From NCBI RefSeq assembly GCF_006345805.1, contig NC_043001.1, positions 83,638,001 through 83,702,000 of the forward strand: a stretch of DNA of 64,000 bases, in the 5' to 3' direction. The notes beneath the pieces were generated by a model. It was not told the DNA's origin and did no database searches. It worked only from the letters and a program-made list of their open reading frames with translations. The DNA is from Octopus sinensis (Eukaryota). The position numbers and the translations under genes are program-made. Below, one piece after another: positions 38,885-52,860 of the stretch (positions are counted from its first letter, which is position 1; every line of letters starts with the position of its first letter).

Positions 38885-39301
38885 GGCGATCTTTCGTCTC
38901 TAGTAGACCTTTCCGTCGATTTCCGTAAAAATTTTTTTTTTTTGCATATGGGCTTGCGGGAACTTTTGAAGTAATGAGAGCGAAAGAGACTAAGAGAAAG
39001 CGATTGAATGACGAGGAAGTTCTTTTGAAGTTACCGTGCATGGGAGCATTGATGTATATGTGTGTGTGTGTGTTTGATGAGGTGTGGGAGACAGACAGTA
39101 TGTTGTGTAAGTGAAGTGCTTCTGTTAGTATGTGTGAAGAGACAGAGTAATGTGTGAAAGAAAGAGATAACTGAAATTTTTTACTCGGTGTATGTGTATA
39201 TGTATGTATATTACTTCAAAAGTTCCTGCAAGCCCATATGTAAAAAAAAAAAAATTTTTACGGAAATCGACGGAAAGGTCTACTAGAGACGAAAGATCGC
39301 C
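38885..39301. mobile_element. Merlin-like MITE, long copy
   Basis: ~90-bp TIRs starting GGCGATCTTTCGTCTCTAGTAGACC. Same family as 42287-42571. No TSD seen. Confidence 0.75.
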
Positions 39302-39813
39302 TAAAGTTTTGTAAGAAATATTAGAACGTTTCCACGTGGGTTCCATTGGTTGCATGCAACACATCTATTTCTACGATAAATTGTGGAAGTAGTAAAGATA
39401 ACTATATGAACAGCCGGTGTATAGGTATATACGTTAGTCCGCACAAACGTTAGCACGCAGGGTGAAATGCTTTACGGCATTTCGTCTGCTTTTAAATTCT
39501 GAGTTCAAATCTGTCGAGGTCGACTTTACCTTCCATACTATCTAGGTCGATAAATTAAGTACCAGTTGCATATTACGTTAATCTAGTCGACTGGCCCCTT
39601 CCCCCAAAATTTCGGGCCTTGTGCCTAGAGTAGAAAAGCCCGTATATAAGCTGAAAGATAGATGCGAGAGAGAAAGAGAAAGTGTAAATGAATGAATGAA
39701 GAGAAGGCGACTCAAGGTTTTGTGACTTCGTCTACACTTGAGTGAAGGTACACACGACTACATGTGGGTGTGTGAGTTTGGTAGAGCCAATAAATAAATG
39801 AACTTAAATATCA

Positions 39814-39866
<53 letters not shown>

Positions 39867-40027
39867 TCTTTTACTTGTTTCAGTCATTTGACTGTGGAGC
39901 ACCGACTTTAGTCGAGCAAATCGACCCCAGGACTTATTCTTCGTAAGCCTAGTACTTATTCTATCGGACTTTTTTGCCGAACCGCTAAGTTACGAGGACG
40001 TAAACACACCACCATCTGTTGTCAACA

Positions 40028-40074
<47 letters not shown>

Positions 40075-40869
40075 TCTCACACTCACATAGACTAATCGAA
40101 AACCAAAAATGATAAACCAACGAAAGTCAAAGGAACACACACACACGTGGATTGTATGAAGTTTGGCGCTCAGTATAAGAGAGGGAGAAAAAAGAGTGAG
40201 CCACGTGTACATCTTTCTGACATTGGTTGTTTTGTTATTTTTAATTTTCGGTTCGCCTATTATCGCACGCTCACACGCATTTTCGACGTCCTTCCGATGA
40301 AGATCTGGCGAACGTAATTCCTGGATTGAATCTTTTATTTACAATGGCTTAAAGTTTGATATTTTTTTACCCAGTCAGAAAACAGCATTTGGAAGCTGTC
40401 ATTTTGTGTGTGACTGCACGTGTTGTGAATTGTAAACAAATGAAATAATGGCGAAATTTTTATTTCCCGCACGAATATATAACCCCCCATAACTGTTTTT
40501 GTAATTTTAGTAAACTTTTTTACTAAGTCGTCCAGAAATATGCAAGATCTCCGGCTTCGCAATGACGTGGATGCAGTGCTGGATTAACCATAAAGCAAAT
40601 TAAAAACATGCTTGGGGCATCAAGGGAAAGGGCATCAAAAGGACCAGCCCTGCTTCCCTCTTTCCTCCTGTTTAGCGAGTACCTTTGCCAAAATTTTCAC
40701 GCGTGTACAGCAGAATTATGAACTTGAAATTCTCTAGCGTATGTTTCTGTTTGGGTTCCTTTTCGGCCAGGGCCGGATAAAGACCTATCGAGGCCCTAAG
40801 CACTTAAAAGAGTTTGGTGCCCCCATAAAAGATTTCTATTCGACATACGGGAATTTATACGATTATGCA

Positions 40870-41443
40870 AAAAAAAAAAAAAAAAGGTCGTGATTTAAGG
40901 CTTATTTAGCTGTTATTTTTAGCACATATCATGACCACATCATACATCGCATTTTAAGCATTTAATAAACCAAAAGTGAATTCATGAAATTCTAGCCAAT
41001 GACATGGTAGTCCCTATGTGGTCGCTAATTTGCTAGAACTAGCAGCTAAATTTCAGTCGAACCATACCCTACTAATTAAAAAAAAAAAAAAGTGCGTGAT
41101 TTAAGGCCTATTTAGCTGTTATTTTTAGCACATATCATGACCACATCATACATCGCATTTTAAGCATTTAATAAACCAAAAGTGAATTCATGAAATTCTA
41201 GCCAATGACATGGTAGTCCCTATGTGGTCGCTAATTTGCTAGAACTAGCAGTTAAATTTCAGTCGGACCATACCCTACTAATTAAAAAAAAAATAGTGCG
41301 TGATTTAAGGCCTATTTAGCTGTTATTTTTAGCACATCTCACGATCACATCTTACTTCGAATTTTAAGCATTTAATAAACCAAAAGTGAATTCATGGCAG
41401 CTAAATTTCACTGGGACCATACCCTACAAATTAAAAAAAAAAA
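40870..41443 (+). repeat. Tandem triplication of a ~207-bp unit (third copy internally deleted)
   Basis: (A)n-GTGATTTAAGGC..CCATACCCTAC repeats at ~40870, ~41078 and ~41284. Confidence 0.85.
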
Positions 41444-42286
41444 GTACTACACATTTGACAGTGTAGCTCTAAGTATACAAAGGAAATGGTTACGGTTGGA
41501 TCACCATCGATCACAGGTTTGAATGGATCCAACAACATGAAATCTTTCGAGGTAAACGACCTGCGGTGCACTTTTTTCTTTAACTTGTTTCATTCACTGG
41601 CCAGACGCGGGCAACTGCCTTGAAGAGTTTAGTCCAGCCGGCGAGGTGGTAGAAACGTTAGCACGCCGGGCGAAATGCGTAGCCGTATTTCGTCCGCCGT
41701 TACGTTCTGAGTTCAAATTCCGCCGAGGTCGACTTTGCCTTTCATCTTTTCGGGGTCGATAAATTAAGTACCAGTTACGCACTGGAGTCGATGTAATCGA
41801 CTTAATCCGTTTGTCTGTCCTTGTTTGTCCCCTCTGTGTTTAGCCCCTTGTGCGTAGTAAAGAAATAGGTTCTCAACCGGGACCCATACGACTCTTGGGG
41901 TCCATATATTTTGTCGTTAAAATTTATTTAAGATAAATTGGCGCTTTCTCCTCACCCCTATAGACACCATTTTTGCAGTGTTCCTTCCCGCCAATTATTA
42001 AATATTACTTAATTTTTTTTTCTTTAAATTTGCTCGGTCTCTATTATTGCTAATTATTCTCAGATGACCACCCCACCATCACTCACTTCGTAGATCTGTA
42101 ATTAAAAATATTTTGGCTGCGATGATCCCATGCTTTGTTCATATCTAAGGCTTCTTAATCCAGTGTATCAACACTTTTTAAAGACGGTGTATTGTGATTT
42201 CTATCAAGTCAAACCAGCAAGCAAAAGGTGAAAGCTATTAAAGTCAATAGCATCGACCCCAGTACTCAGCTAGCACTTCATTTTTA

Positions 42287-42571
42287 GGCAATCTTTCGTC
42301 TCTAGTAGACCTTTCCGTCGATTTCCGTAAAAAACATTTTTTTTTTACATATGGGCTTGCGGGAACTTTTGAAGTTCACACACACACACACATGTACATC
42401 AATGCTTCCCATGCAGGGTAACTTCAAAAGAACTTCCCTCGTCATACAATCGCTTTCTCTTAGTCTCTTTCGCTCTCATTACTTCAAAAGTTCCCGCAAG
42501 CCCATATGTAAAAAAAAAAAATGTTTTTTACGGAAATCGACGGAAAGGTCTACTAGAGACGAAAGATCGCC
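42287..42571. mobile_element. Merlin-like MITE, short copy, inserted in a SINE B relic
   Basis: Same TIRs as 38885-39301. Exact 8-bp TSD CATTTTTA. Confidence 0.85.
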
Positions 42572-43280
42572 CATTTTTATCGATCCACTAAAAGATGAAA
42601 TATACAGTTGACCTCTGCTGTATTTGAACTCGGTACGTACAAATGGAAGAAGATCGGCCGATTATATCAACACCGGTGCTCAACTGGTACTTATTTCACC
42701 GCCCTTCGGAAAGATGGAGGGCAAAAACGACTTGAATGGAATTTGAACTCAGAACGTTAAAGAGCCGGAAGAAATTCGTTTAGCATTTTGTCCCACACTC
42801 TTAACAATGCTGTTATGTAATAGGGCAGGTAAGTCTTAAGTTTGCACCTACCTCGAGGTAACGAATGGGTGTATATCAGTGTCCTTCCTGTTTGCGTGTG
42901 TCTTCTGAATAAATGTGAAAGACGCGGTAAGGGTATTGTTGTTGGCGATGCCTTCCATTGTTAAGCACATCTTAATGGATGTATCTGATGATTGGTGCAG
43001 GCAATTTGTGTATGTATGTGCTTATGTAAGTATGTAAGTGAGATGTGAGTCAGAGGATGAACTATTGTGTGTGTATGCATCAGCTTATGCTCGCGCGGTC
43101 ACATAATTACGTATACATGTTTATGTCAGCATGCTGTGTGTGTATGTGTGTGTTCACAGCTGGTAATCCGAGTCTGCTATTGCAGTTTAAATACAAAAGT
43201 ATTGCTCATTTATGCAACATTATATTTGCATGAGTGCATTAATATACATGCACATACACTCGTATCTATCTATCTCTCGT

Positions 43281-43336
<56 letters not shown>

Positions 43337-44014
43337 CCTACCTACCTACCTACCTACCTACCTACCTGCCTGCCTGCATCCATCAATTTGTATGTGTCTG
43401 TCTGTCTATCAGCATCTCCCTGTCTGCTTGTTTGTCTGCTTCTATCTGTCTGTCAGTCAGGCTGCTTCTCTCTCTCTCTCTGTCTTTCTGTCTGTATCCA
43501 TTTGTCCGTCTGTCCCTCTGTCTATGTGTCTGCATCTATCTATCTGTTTCTTTACTACCCACAAGGGGCTAAACACAGAGGGGACAAACAAGGACAGACA
43601 AACAGATTAAGTCGATTACATCGACTCCAGTGCGTAACTGGTACTTAATTTATCGACTCCGAAAGGATGAAAGGCAAAGTCGACCTCGGCGGAATTTGAA
43701 CTCAGAACGTAAAGGCAGACGAAATACGGCCACGCATTTCGCCCGGCGTGCTAACGGTTCTGCCAGCTCGCCGCCTGTCTGCATCTATCTATCTCTGTCG
43801 GTCTGTTTGTTCGCATCTGTCTACGAATATATATTTAGACACACACTCACTCACTCACTCACTTACTTACAAGAGTTAGCTTGCATACAAGCACGATTTT
43901 GAGACTTTTCACTTGTTCTCAAAAACTACTTTGAACGTCGTTTGTTTCAGTTTTCGTGTTATATTCTTATCATTAACCTAGTTCTTGAGTATCGAATTTC
44001 TTTGCGTATGTTCC

Positions 44015-44106
<92 letters not shown>

Positions 44107-44432
44107 CACACATAACACGCACGCATATATCTACCTTAGCTCTATGCACATAGATCATATATGATATATATATATATGCAAATACATTTTGTGTGTGTGA
44201 GTGTGTGAGAGAGGGAATATACATGTTTTTTTTTTTTTCTTACTTGTTTCAGTCATTTGACTGCGGCCATGCTGGGGCACCGCCTTGAAGGATTTTAGTC
44301 GAGCAAACCGACCCCAAGACTTATTTTTTTAAAGCCTTGTACTTATTTTGTCGATCTCTTTCACTAATTTACAGGGACATAAACACACCCACACCGGTTG
44401 TCAAGCACAGATACATAAAAAAACACACACAT

Positions 44433-44463
<31 letters not shown>

Positions 44464-45314
44464 CGACGTTGGTGTTGCCTTGGCGGAGGTTTGCCCTCTC
44501 TAAGTGCTCTTGTTTTTATATACGACCAAGTTTATTTATATTTCAAAAGTTTTCTCTGACTTTTCTTTAATAGCAAAGTCTTTGATCAGAAACTCACTTC
44601 GAAATTATATTTCCAATCATATAAACCACTTTGAATATCATTTTTTTTATGCGCCCTTTTCAAGCCTAGCCAGGCTCATGGGTTCGGTTTCCCGGTTTCT
44701 GTGGCGTACGTGCCCCCCCCCCCCAGCTGGTCGAGACGCCAGTCCATCGCAGCGTTACCCAAGAAACAGGAAGAAAGAGTGAGAGAAAGTTGTGGCAAAA
44801 GCGTATAACAGGGGGTCGCCACCATCCCCTGCTAGAGCCTCGTGGAGCTTTTAGGTGTTTTCGCTCAATAAACACACAATGCCCGGTCTGGGAATCGAAA
44901 CCGCGATCCTCCGACCACGAGTCCTCTGCCCTAACCACTGGGCCACTGGGCCTCCACAGAATATTATTTTAGCAACTTTAAAGTGACTTTTAGAGCCACA
45001 AACCATTTACCATTTCTGTAGTGGCCCTTTCCCTTGATGCCCCAAGCATGTTTTTAATTTGCTTATGGTTAATCCAGCACTGCATCCACGTCATTGCGAA
45101 GCCGGAGATCTTGCATATTTCTGGACGACTTAGCTTTGTAGATGAGAGCGTTAGTTTATTTTGCTATTTTCGACTTCAAATTTCAGCACGAGCATTGCTG
45201 ACAGTCATCGTCTTTAACATCTAGGATAAAATAGTTTATCAGTGTCGGTCATATTCAGGGATGTTTGGCCTCGTAACTGACACGAACTGATTAGATTTTG
45301 AGATCGATCCGGTA

Positions 45315-45548
45315 CTCTCTTTTACTCTCTTTTACATGTTTCAGTCATTTGACTGCGGCCATGCTGGAGCACCACCTTTAGTCGAGCAAATCGACCCCGG
45401 GACTTATTCTTTGTAAGCCCAGTACTTATTCTATCGGTCTCTTTTGCCGAACCGCTAAGTGTCGGGGACGTAAACACACCAGCATCGGTTGTCAAGGAAT
45501 GCTAGAGGGACAAACACAGACACACAAACATATACACACACACATACA

Positions 45549-45614
<66 letters not shown>

Positions 45615-45784
45615 TATATATATACGACAGGCTTCTTTCAGTTTCCGTCTACCAAATCCACTCACAAGGCTTTGGTCGGCCCGAGGCTATAGTAGAAGAC
45701 ACTTGCCCAAGATGCCACGCAGTGGGACTGAACCCGGAACCATGTGGTTGGTTAGCAAGCTACTTACCACACAGCCACTCCTGC
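45315..45784 (-). mobile_element. Full-length SINE family A
   Basis: Reverse complement of 34666-35121. Confidence 0.9.
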
Positions 45785-46591
45785 GGATTTTTCCTATTTT
45801 TTTTTTGTTTTTTTTTACTTAATTTTTGAGAGCAGTCGGGTTCATTTTTAGTATTCCCATTTGTGAGAGCAGTCGAGTTTATTTTAGATGTTCTCGTTTT
45901 AAAAATCATTTCCAGCGAATCGTTGAGACGACGTTGGTGTTGCCCCTTGGCGGAGGTTTGCGCTCTCTGAGTTCTCTAGTTTTTATATATGACCAAGTTT
46001 ATTTATATGCATATGTGTGTGTATGTATGTGTATATGTGTGTGTATGCATGCGTGTATGTATGTGTGTGATTATGCCTGCGTGCATGTATGCATGCATGT
46101 GTGTGTGAGTATGCATGCGCATACAAGAACATGTATGCGTGCGTGTATGAATGTATGTAAGCATGCATACGTATACGCATGTATTTATATGTATGTCTGC
46201 ATGCATGTTTATATGTGTGTGTGTGTGTGTGTGTGTGCATATATATATGTGTTTGCGTTATGTGTGTGAATTCGATTCCTGGAAAAATATCATTGGGAAA
46301 CTTCTAGAAATGACTCATGACCGTACTTGTCTCTCTATATAGAAGGAAATAGAACCTTCCCAACTTACAAATGGATGACCATGATCTAAAATGTGTAAAG
46401 TCTTTTCCCTAGTTGGATAAAATAATTAATATAAGTGCTTCTGTAGATGATGAGTTCGTTAATGATTTATCCAAACTGTCTCTTTTCATAAACTACAGCA
46501 CAGTGTCTATCTGAAGAGAAAAATTGACGTGGATCGAACTGCAGTTCTTTCTATCTTGCTTTACGTATCTGAAAATTGGCTTCCTTATAAA

Positions 46592-47103
46592 TCTATATAT
46601 ATAAAACTGTAGTTGTGTGAGTGTCTGTCCCCTTCGATTTAGATTCCTAACTACTCCCACATTCTGCGGTGCAGTTTAACCAAATTCAGGTATCTTATAG
46701 TCGTTATTCATATCGACCCCGTCTGGCTATTAGCGCGCGTCTACGATGAGTCTACGATTTTAAAAATAATTTAACATCATTTTTTATTCCATTTTAATGC
46801 ATAATTTTTCGTGTGTCGATGGCGGCGGAGTTGGCGTCCACACTCACATCTGCACCTGTTTGCTTCTCCCCCTTCTTCCCTCCTCGTGAAGCTGTGGGGA
46901 AGGGAGTGTAAGGAAATCAACGTCGTAAAGCGTTGTCAAGGAGACCAGCGTTCTTTTAGAACAACGACTTCATGGCTTGAAGACACCAAAACAGAAATGG
47001 CTAAGAAAGCCCGAATTGGCATCTATAAGGGAAGTAACTCTCTAAAAATGCTTATATAGTTATTTCCCTTACAAACCCGAGCAACGCCGGGCGATACTGC
47101 TAG
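46592..47103 (+). mobile_element. Non-autonomous Helitron-like element
   Basis: Starts TCTATATATATAAAA, has the subterminal hairpin CCCGAGCAACGCCGGG, ends CTAG, and lies between A and T. Confidence 0.8.
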
Positions 47104-47565
47104 TCCCATATAAAACAAATACATACCGTTCTCTAACATTGCCTGCGTATCATCTGGGGGTACATAAGGAAGGAGAAAGTCTGGGCATACGAAACGTTTT
47201 GGCTTAGCCATTTTGACCCCGCCTATATGGTGTCGTTGATTCGATGGTGACTTATTTGATTTCATAATGTTTCATTTTAACGTTTCTTTAGTTCTCTTTA
47301 CGTATATTTCTCTTCATGTGTATGGGGAAAGAGTAAGAGCTCATGCGTAGCCGTATTTCGTCTGCCGTTACGTTCTGAGTTCAAATTCCGCCGAGGTCGA
47401 TTTTGCCTTTCATCATTTCGGGGTCGATAATTAAGTACCAGTTACGCACTGGGATCGATATAATCGACTTAATTCGTTTGTCTGTCCTTGTTTGTCCCCT
47501 CTGTGTTTAGCCCCTTGTGGGTAGTAAAGAAACATAATAAATTGTAATACTTGTCTGTCTGTCTG

Positions 47566-47611
<46 letters not shown>

Positions 47612-48978
47612 TATCTGTATGTATATATTTCCGCACATGTTTGCCTCCAGAGCCCCAAAGTACTGTCGCCAAGACAGATTCACAATCCAGTCAACCATGA
47701 CAAATCGCCAGCATCCAAAACAGCCGCGCCCACTCGTCTTAATCCATAGTCCGTTTTTATTATTAAAAAACCCCCGGAAATCTCCAGTCTCAATTCAGAT
47801 GGATTAGTCACGTAATTCGGATAGGTGAGGACTGCTTACCTAAGGTTTCTCAATACCGTTTTACTTCATGTTGGTCGATAGTACACGAAATGTTGGCAGA
47901 CTTCTCTAACGATAGAAAGATAAACAAAGATCGACTTTATTTTATTGGAGGTCTAGCCATAACGTCATTGAGAAGAAAAGCGCAGGGTTGAAAATTATGG
48001 AGGAAACTGTATTGCTATGGCTTAACAGATTTTGAATCCTAAGGGTTAGAAAATTTAATAATAAACAGGGGAATCGCAGTGCGATTTGTAAAGTCCGTAG
48101 ATTTTGTTTGTAAATTTAAAGCTACTACAATATCTCACTATAGATATATCATTTTTTTTTGCGCCCTTTTCAAGCCTAGCCAGGCTCATGGTCCCGGTTT
48201 CCTGGTTTCTGTGGCGCATGTGTTTCCTCCAGCTGGACGGGATGCCAGTCCATCGTAGCATTACTCAAGAAACAGGAAGAAAGAGTGAGAGAAAGTTGGG
48301 GCGAAAGAATACAACAGGGGTCGCCAGCACCCCCTGCCGGAGCCACGTGGAACTTTAGGTGTTTTCGCTCAATAAACATACAGAACGCCCGGTCTGGGAA
48401 TCGAAACCGCGATCCTCCGACCGCGAGTCCGATGTCCTAACCACTGGGCCATTGCGCCTCTCACTGTAGATACAAGCCGCTAAATATTACATTAAGCCTC
48501 ATACATCGAAATCGGTGGAAATGTCCCTTCATGAATGTATGTATGCAAATATGTATGTGTATGTGAACGTATGTGTGTGTATATATATATGCATATATGT
48601 GTATGCATGCATGTGTGTACATATGCATGCGTCTATGCATGCTTGTGTGTGCACGCATTTGTGTATATGTGTGCGTATGCATGCGTGTATGTATGCGTGT
48701 GATTATGTCTGCGTGCATGTATGCACGCATGTGTGTGTGTGTATGCACGTGCATACAAGAACATGTATGCGTGTTCTTGTATGCATGCGTGTATGAATGT
48801 ATGCGAGTGTGTGTAAATGTATGTATGCATACATGTATGTATATGTATGTCTACATGCATATTTATGTGTGTGTGTGCGCGCATGTATATGTGCGTGAAT
48901 TCGATTCCAGGAAAAATATCGGAAAACTTCTAGAAATGACTGACTGAATGTATTAGTTTTTTTTTTACCTCTTGTTTA

Positions 48979-49367
48979 TCTCTCTCTATATAAACGGCAG
49001 TTTGTCTGTGTGTGTGTCTGTGTGTCTGTTTGGTTGTACCCTCACCCTGACCACGGCTTTCAACCGATTCTGATGAAACTTGACACACACATAGCCCAAT
49101 GTCATAATTCAAAACTAACGCAGCGAAAATTTTGAAAAGTTCCCCCAGTTCTGAAAAAAAACGATAAATTCGACATGGGGTCGAGAATCAGAAACACAAA
49201 CCACAGACTGTCTAGGGGACGCAACTCGACCTTTTTTAACTCTCAAAAAAAATTTACCATCATTTTTTTTCCCATTTTTTTTGCTATTTTTTTGGCTATA
49301 ACTCTCTAAAAATGCTTATAGTTTTTTTCCCTTACAAACCTGAGCAAACGCCGGGCGATACTGCTAG
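48979..49367 (+). mobile_element. Non-autonomous Helitron-like element
   Basis: A^TCTCTCTCTATATAAA ... hairpin ... CTAG^T. The last ~65 bp are shared with 46592-47103. Confidence 0.8.
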
Positions 49368-50756
49368 TATTGACTAAAACGTAGTTTTTCTGTCTCTCAT
49401 ATGTGTAAATGTACGTATATATGAGTGTATGCGCATACGTATAGAAGTATATATGTGTGTATGTGCATACATATGCATGTATATATAGGTACGTACGAAT
49501 GCACGAATGCATGTGTGTGTGTATAAATATTTTTCGTTGTTTTTGTGTTTATGTTTTCGTTTCTCATTGTGTTCGACGTTTTTTTGGTGTCCTGTACCCA
49601 TATATGCATGTATATATACATGTTGAGGTAGGTACGTACATATATGTATGTATATATGCATATGTTTTATTTATTAATTTATATATATATAATATATATA
49701 TATTATATATATAATATATATTAATATATAATATATATATATATATATAATATATATATTTGAGTGATGTTTCTGTCCGTTACATTTTTATGTTCGTTAA
49801 CTCCTCCTTGACAACGAAACTCAAACCGGAAACTCCCCTAATCCCAGGGAATGTCCTAAGGAAATCTTTTTTTTAAAGGCCACCTAATTGGGACCCCCCC
49901 CCCATTTTTACTGCATTTTAAACTAAATACATGGCAATGGCGACCAAATCGACTCAATGAAAATGAATTTCATACCATGAACTCCCAGGGCGAATCGTAA
50001 GGAGGTTCAATTTCTGAAGGGACACTTAAATGGGGCCCCGTTGACCCCCTATTTTTACTGCATTTACCTCGCTCGTACGCTTATTGATTAAACTATGATC
50101 AGCATCAGTGCTTAGCACATTTGCAGAAATAAACTTAGGCAATCTAAATACCATCATGTAAGTTCAAATCGAGATAAAGAGTCATAACAGGTACGTTTCA
50201 AGTGTGGTAGTGTGGATATTTATATTTCGTAGTTTATGAAACTTATGTCTAGGTGGGAAACTAATCTTCCTGTTCCGGTTACAGTATCCCTCTAAAGATT
50301 TGTAATAGAAGATAGAATGAGATTGAGATGAAATGGATCCTATTCATTTTATCTCAATCTCATTTTTTTTTTCAGAAATGGTGGAGTGATGGAAAAATTA
50401 TGATAGCTATGATAGTCATACATTTTACTCGCTTAGTACGAATGGAGGTTCAAGTTAAAAAAATATTAAGTGAATTAATTACTACAATGAGTTTGGAAGC
50501 ACATATAACTCCGTGAAAGTATCGCAAATTTTCATCGTGAGAATAAAAAAACAAAAAAACATGGAAAATGTAACCCGAAGGCCTCAAAGGTGGTCTGAAT
50601 GGAGCTTGAAGGGCGGCTTCAAGTCTTGTATTTATATATGTACTTGTGTGTGTGTATCGTATAATAATATATGTAGATGTATATTAAAGTATATGTCTGT
50701 GTATTTGTAACTGTATGCGTGTTCATATATGTATAATATATGTGTATATAAATGTA

Positions 50757-50945
50757 CGTTACAGTTCTATATTTAAGAGATGAGGAATTATTTACATTAT
50801 TTAAATTATTTATATTTGACGGATATTTGTCCGCATCTTGCTTTTTGTGTTAACACTACGTTTCGGCTCATATATCCTCCAGCCTTCATCAGGTGTTTTG
50901 GGGAAATTTCGAGCCTGAGTTCTCATTCCTAAGTTACTTTTTCGA

Positions 50946-50978
<33 letters not shown>

Positions 50979-51392
50979 CATTATATTATTCAGGTCGCTG
51001 CCTGGAATCGACTCGAAATCTTGGGGTTAGTAGCCCGCGCTCTTAACCACTACGCCATATGCTCGTGGTTAAGAGCGCGGGCTACTAACCCCAAGATCCG
51101 AGTTCGATTCCAGGCAGTGACATGACCTGAATAATAATAATAATAATGATAATAATAATAATGATAATGATGATGATAATAATAATGATAATAATAATAA
51201 TAATAATAAAAATAATAATAATAATGATGATGATGATGATGATGATGATGACATCGAAAAATACCTTGGGAATGAGAACCCAGGTTCGAAATTTCCCCAA
51301 GACTCCTGATGAAGGCTGCAGGGTATATCAGCCGAAACGTTGTGTTAGCAACAAACCAGACGAGGACAAATATCCGTCAAATGTAAATGATG
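50757..51392 (-). mobile_element. tRNA-headed, HHR-tailed SINE with inverted duplication
   Basis: A full unit on the minus strand (51064 to 50757) lies head-to-head with a truncated plus copy (51065-51392). Candidate TSD TATAAATGTA at 50747-50756 and 51393-51402. Confidence 0.75.
50852..50897 (-). ncRNA. Minimal hammerhead motif (no stable helix III)
   Basis: AACAC-CTGATGA-A-GGCT..AGCC-GAAA-CGTA^GTGTT. Mirror copy at 51301-51346 (+). Confidence 0.65.
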
Positions 51393-51644
51393 TATAAATG
51401 TATGAGTGCATATATCTAAGTATAATCCCTTCCACTGGAAGCACAAATTGGGAGAAGGAATTAAGTCGATTACATCGACCCCAGTGTGTATCTGGTACTT
51501 ATTTAATCGACCCCGAAAGGATGAAAGGCAATGTTGACCTCGGCAGAATTTTAACTCAGAACGTAGCAGTAGACGCAATACCGCTAAGCATTTCGCCTGG
51601 CGGCTAACGATTCTGCTTGCTCGAAGCCTCATATCTCTAAGTAT

Positions 51645-51658
51645 AATATATGTCTATG

Positions 51659-51728
<70 letters not shown>

Positions 51729-51758
51729 TAATGTATATATATATTATATTATGTATAT

Positions 51759-51800
<42 letters not shown>

Positions 51801-52010
51801 TATATGGAATATATATATATATGTATAATATATATATATATAAGTATATATATACTATATATTATATATATATGTATATATATAATATATATAATGTATA
51901 GATATATATTATATATATATATATATTATATTATATAATATATATTATATGTATATATATATATATAATATATTATATTATATATATATATATATTATAT
52001 ATATTGTATA
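51645..52010. repeat. Long degenerate (TA)n tract
   Basis: Direct inspection. Confidence 0.9.
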
Positions 52011-52249
52011 GATTTACTTACAGCCACGTATATATGTGTGTTTGTTTGTGTGTGTGTGGTGTGTGTATGTGTGTGTGTGTTGAGTGTGTGTGTGTGTGAA
52101 TCAAGCACCATTTCTATTTTATTATCTGCCTACACTATGTCCTTCACTCCTCCAGTGATAAAAAGTAAAGAAAATAGAAGAAAAAAATACTCGACCTCAC
52201 TTTGACAAAACTCTTCCTTCCTCCTCCCCACTCACCCTACTACAACTAT

Positions 52250-52860
52250 AACAGGCTGACAATATCACTGTTTGCAGACGCTGTCTCAGAAATTAACACT
52301 CTTCTTACATGACCTTGGAAAAAAACATCTGGAGATATTGGTTTTTATGTCAAATCAAGAGTGCTCACAAAGCACAATTACGTAAGAAAACCTAAAATTT
52401 GTAGACCCTTTCGCATATTGAGGGAACAACATCGCATCAACAGAAAAAAAATCGTCTCTTAAAAGTTTGAGCTTCCCTGATTAGCCACCGTGTCATCTTG
52501 CAGTCGACGCTATCAAATAATCTTAAAAGAAGTTTCTTCCGTGACACTGTTGAATCGGTCCTCTTGTATGGGTCCTCTGTTTAGATACTCACCAAATGTC
52601 TGAAGGGCAAATTTGATGGTGCTTACTCACACTCGTGTGTTACAGGCTGTTCGTGTGCTACAGGCTGAAAATCTGGAAAAGACATCTAGCTAAACAAAAT
52701 ACGGTACGGCAATCTTCTAGCTATAATTCATGTCACATGAGAGAGAGGGGGGAGGGGAAACATGCGTTCTGCAGAACATTGTCAAAGAGATAAGTAAAAA
52801 CTCATTTGTAATACACTATTATGGGCACACTTAAATCAGCAGTCCGGGAGGCCAATAAGA
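52250..52860 (+). mobile_element. Highly degenerate RTE-like RT fragment
   Basis: FFRDTVESVLLYGSSV*ILTKCLKGKFDGAY at ~52535-52626. Confidence 0.6.
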
